Positions 61,758 through 64,000 of a DNA stretch of 64,000 bases are shown in pieces. Every line of letters begins with the position of its first letter. Position 1 is the stretch's first letter. The position numbers and the translations under genes are program-made. The notes under the pieces were generated by a model. That model ran no database searches, was not told where the DNA came from, and saw only the letters and a program-made list of their open reading frames with translations. This DNA comes from Magallana gigas (taxonomy: Eukaryota), in assembly GCF_963853765.1 (NCBI RefSeq), contig NC_088854.1:31434001-31498000 (forward strand), written 5' to 3'.

Positions 61758-63818
61758 ATGGCTTTGAACAAGTTGGCAATCGACCAGATAGACGTCAGTG
61801 GTAAAAGAGTACTAATGAGGTAAGTTGAACACCTGCTATTCGGTAAATTTCGGAGGAATGGCTTTTAAGTGACGCAAAACAAAGACCGGCAAGCTGACCT
61901 TGTGTTTACCTCAACTCAAGGCCATGCACGTTCATTTTGCATGTACATAATTTGTAAACACACTCGATATGTACGAAGTGATGGATACACGTTACTGATT
62001 ATTTATTTATATTATTATTAATTTTTTTTTATCTCTATGTAATATTGCATTATAGTACAAACGCAAAATCGTTATTTTAGTGAAAGGGGGGGGGGATTAC
62101 TTAATGTTGCTTTACAGTTACTCTGCAACCTTTATATTTCAATCTTATTCTTTACTCATGGGATTTTATTTTAAATGATGTTGCTATGTAGCTTTTGACA
62201 ATGTTTGTAAATTGTGTTTATAAATATTACTTTAGTTTATTTGATTTTGTGACTGTTATTACATGTAATTAAATACATATTGCTTTTTCAGAGTTGATTT
62301 CAATGTTCCCTTAAAAGAAGGCAAAATCACAAACAATCAGAGGTAAGCAACCAGAGATAAGCAAATATTTATATTGGCTATCATAGTTTGATCCCAGTTA
62401 TTGTTTACATCTCATTTTATTTTTCACTCACGCTTTTTTAAACAAAAATAAACATCTGTCGAAGAAGAACAATTGAAATTGATAAAGTAAAAAAATCCAA
62501 AGATTTTTTCATTGAGTACATTTTTTTTTTTATCCTGACCCTGAGAAATTCACAAAAACCAATAAAAAAACGATTTCTCTTCAAATATACAAGAGGAAAA
62601 ATCTGTGTCACAGACATGTTATTAATAGTATTTAAAACAAGGTTTAATTGCTTTATATCACTCTGAGTTTACAGGTATAAATATAATTGACAAGGAACAT
62701 GTATGATATGCACCATATGCCAAAAATGCTGGTCCATAAGTGTTTTAACCAGTAACACAGCTAACCAAATAGAAAGCATTTGGTCATCATATTTTTGAGA
62801 TACTGTAAATATATTATATTTGTGTACAATATTTGACGGAAAATAGTTTTTGAACAAGTTAGCATGGATTTGAATTAGCATATTCCTGAATGTGACTATT
62901 CTTATACATATATGCATGGCATAGCGATGTACTTGATTTAGCGGAAGCCACATTCTGCCAAAAACGCCAAATAGAATACGCAGCCAAATGTAATGCGTTT
63001 ACAATACTCAAATAAAAATTATGAATATGGTTATGTCATCTTACTAATTTTCCGATTACTAGTTTTTGCATCTAGGCACGTCAGAATTTGAGTTCACTTG
63101 TACGAAGGGCACTTGGATTTTAAAGTTAATGTCCATTCCTGTAACCGCTAACTTTTCATGCAAATCAAAATTCCTCATTGGTTTATGGGGATAAAACCTG
63201 TATGTTTTTTATTAATTTTTTTTTTTAAAGTTGGCCTTTTGGTGTTGTATTATGTATATGTATAGATATGAAAAGATACAGATTTTCTACATGATATTCC
63301 TTCTTGTAACAAGCTGTACTTTTTTTGTAGAATTGTTGCAGCAATTCCAACAATAAAGTATGCACTGGAAAAGGGAGCTAAATCAGTTGTTTTGATGAGC
63401 CACCTTGGTCGTCCTGATGGAAGAAAGGCAGACAAGTATTCTCTTTTACCAGTCAAAGCTGAGCTAGACAAATTGCTTGGAAAGTAAGTGAAGTTTATGG
63501 AGTCTGAATATCATTTTACATACTGGGTATTTTGATTTATCTTACCTTAATCTATTGCCAGTATAAAGAAGTGCACAGCATACAAAATATGCTGTTTTAT
63601 GCATCTTACACATTTGCTCATTGTGTATGGCTTTTGATTGTCTATGATTAGCGTACATTTTTACCTCATTCAGGCCAGTGGAGTTTCTCTCTGACTGTGT
63701 GGGAGCCGAAGTGGAGGCTAAGTGTGCTGACCCCCCAGCAGGCTCTGTTTTCCTGCTAGAAAATCTTCGCTTTCATTTGGAAGAGGAAGGAAAAGGGGTC
63801 AATGAGGCTGGCGAAAAG
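61758..63818 (+). CDS. PGK: Phosphoglycerate kinase, first four exons (gene continues beyond the window)
   Basis: Exons 61758-61819, 62292-62342, 63331-63483, 63674-63818: [39 protein letters not shown]...MSHLGRPDG...[15 protein letters not shown]. Confidence 0.97.
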
Positions 63819-64000
63819 GTAGTGTTTAAAAATACACAAATATTTAAGGAGGCTTGGTGGTCAATAAATTGAATTATTCACCATCTGATCTAACAAAAAT
63901 TTTAATGCATGATTTTTTTTTAGCCATAAGTTATTGTTTAGTGAAAAAAACAACCCATATTATTTGCTTTTTAAATTTGGGTATTTTTCTATATTTTTAT

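Noticed and set aside
1-64000. CRISPR arrays, tRNA or rRNA genes, autonomous transposase or RT ORFs
   Set aside because: No repeat-spacer array, cloverleaf, rRNA-like sequence or long transposase/RT ORF was found by eye or in the ORF track.

Overview
AT-rich, intron-containing animal DNA, most likely a bivalve and probably an oyster (inferred from gene content and repeat families, not confirmed), with one assembly gap (N, 4099-4312). I reconstructed the gene models by hand from GT-AG junctions and checked that the reading frames close. In order: an uncharacterised minus-strand gene cut by the gap; a complete 27-exon laminin gamma-1 (+); a 7-exon PLP-dependent C-S lyase of the Egt2 / L-cysteine desulfhydrase family (-), head-to-head with AASDHPPT (+); two intact tandem 8-exon orphan Cys-loop channel subunits (-); a ~1216-aa protein with 8 AT-hooks and 8 C2H2 fingers (-), head-to-head with a C-type-lectin-like + PAN + TM receptor (+); an MGST1-like gene (-); and the first four exons of PGK (+). 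Several non-autonomous DNA transposons, Helentron-like pieces, palindromes and microsatellites lie between and within the genes. No rRNA, tRNA or CRISPR array was seen. The strongest leads are the Egt2-like lyase as a candidate for the unidentified animal C-S lyase step of ovothiol synthesis, and the orphan channel pair with non-canonical pore, Cys-loop and ligand-site residues. Both functional ideas are inferences.
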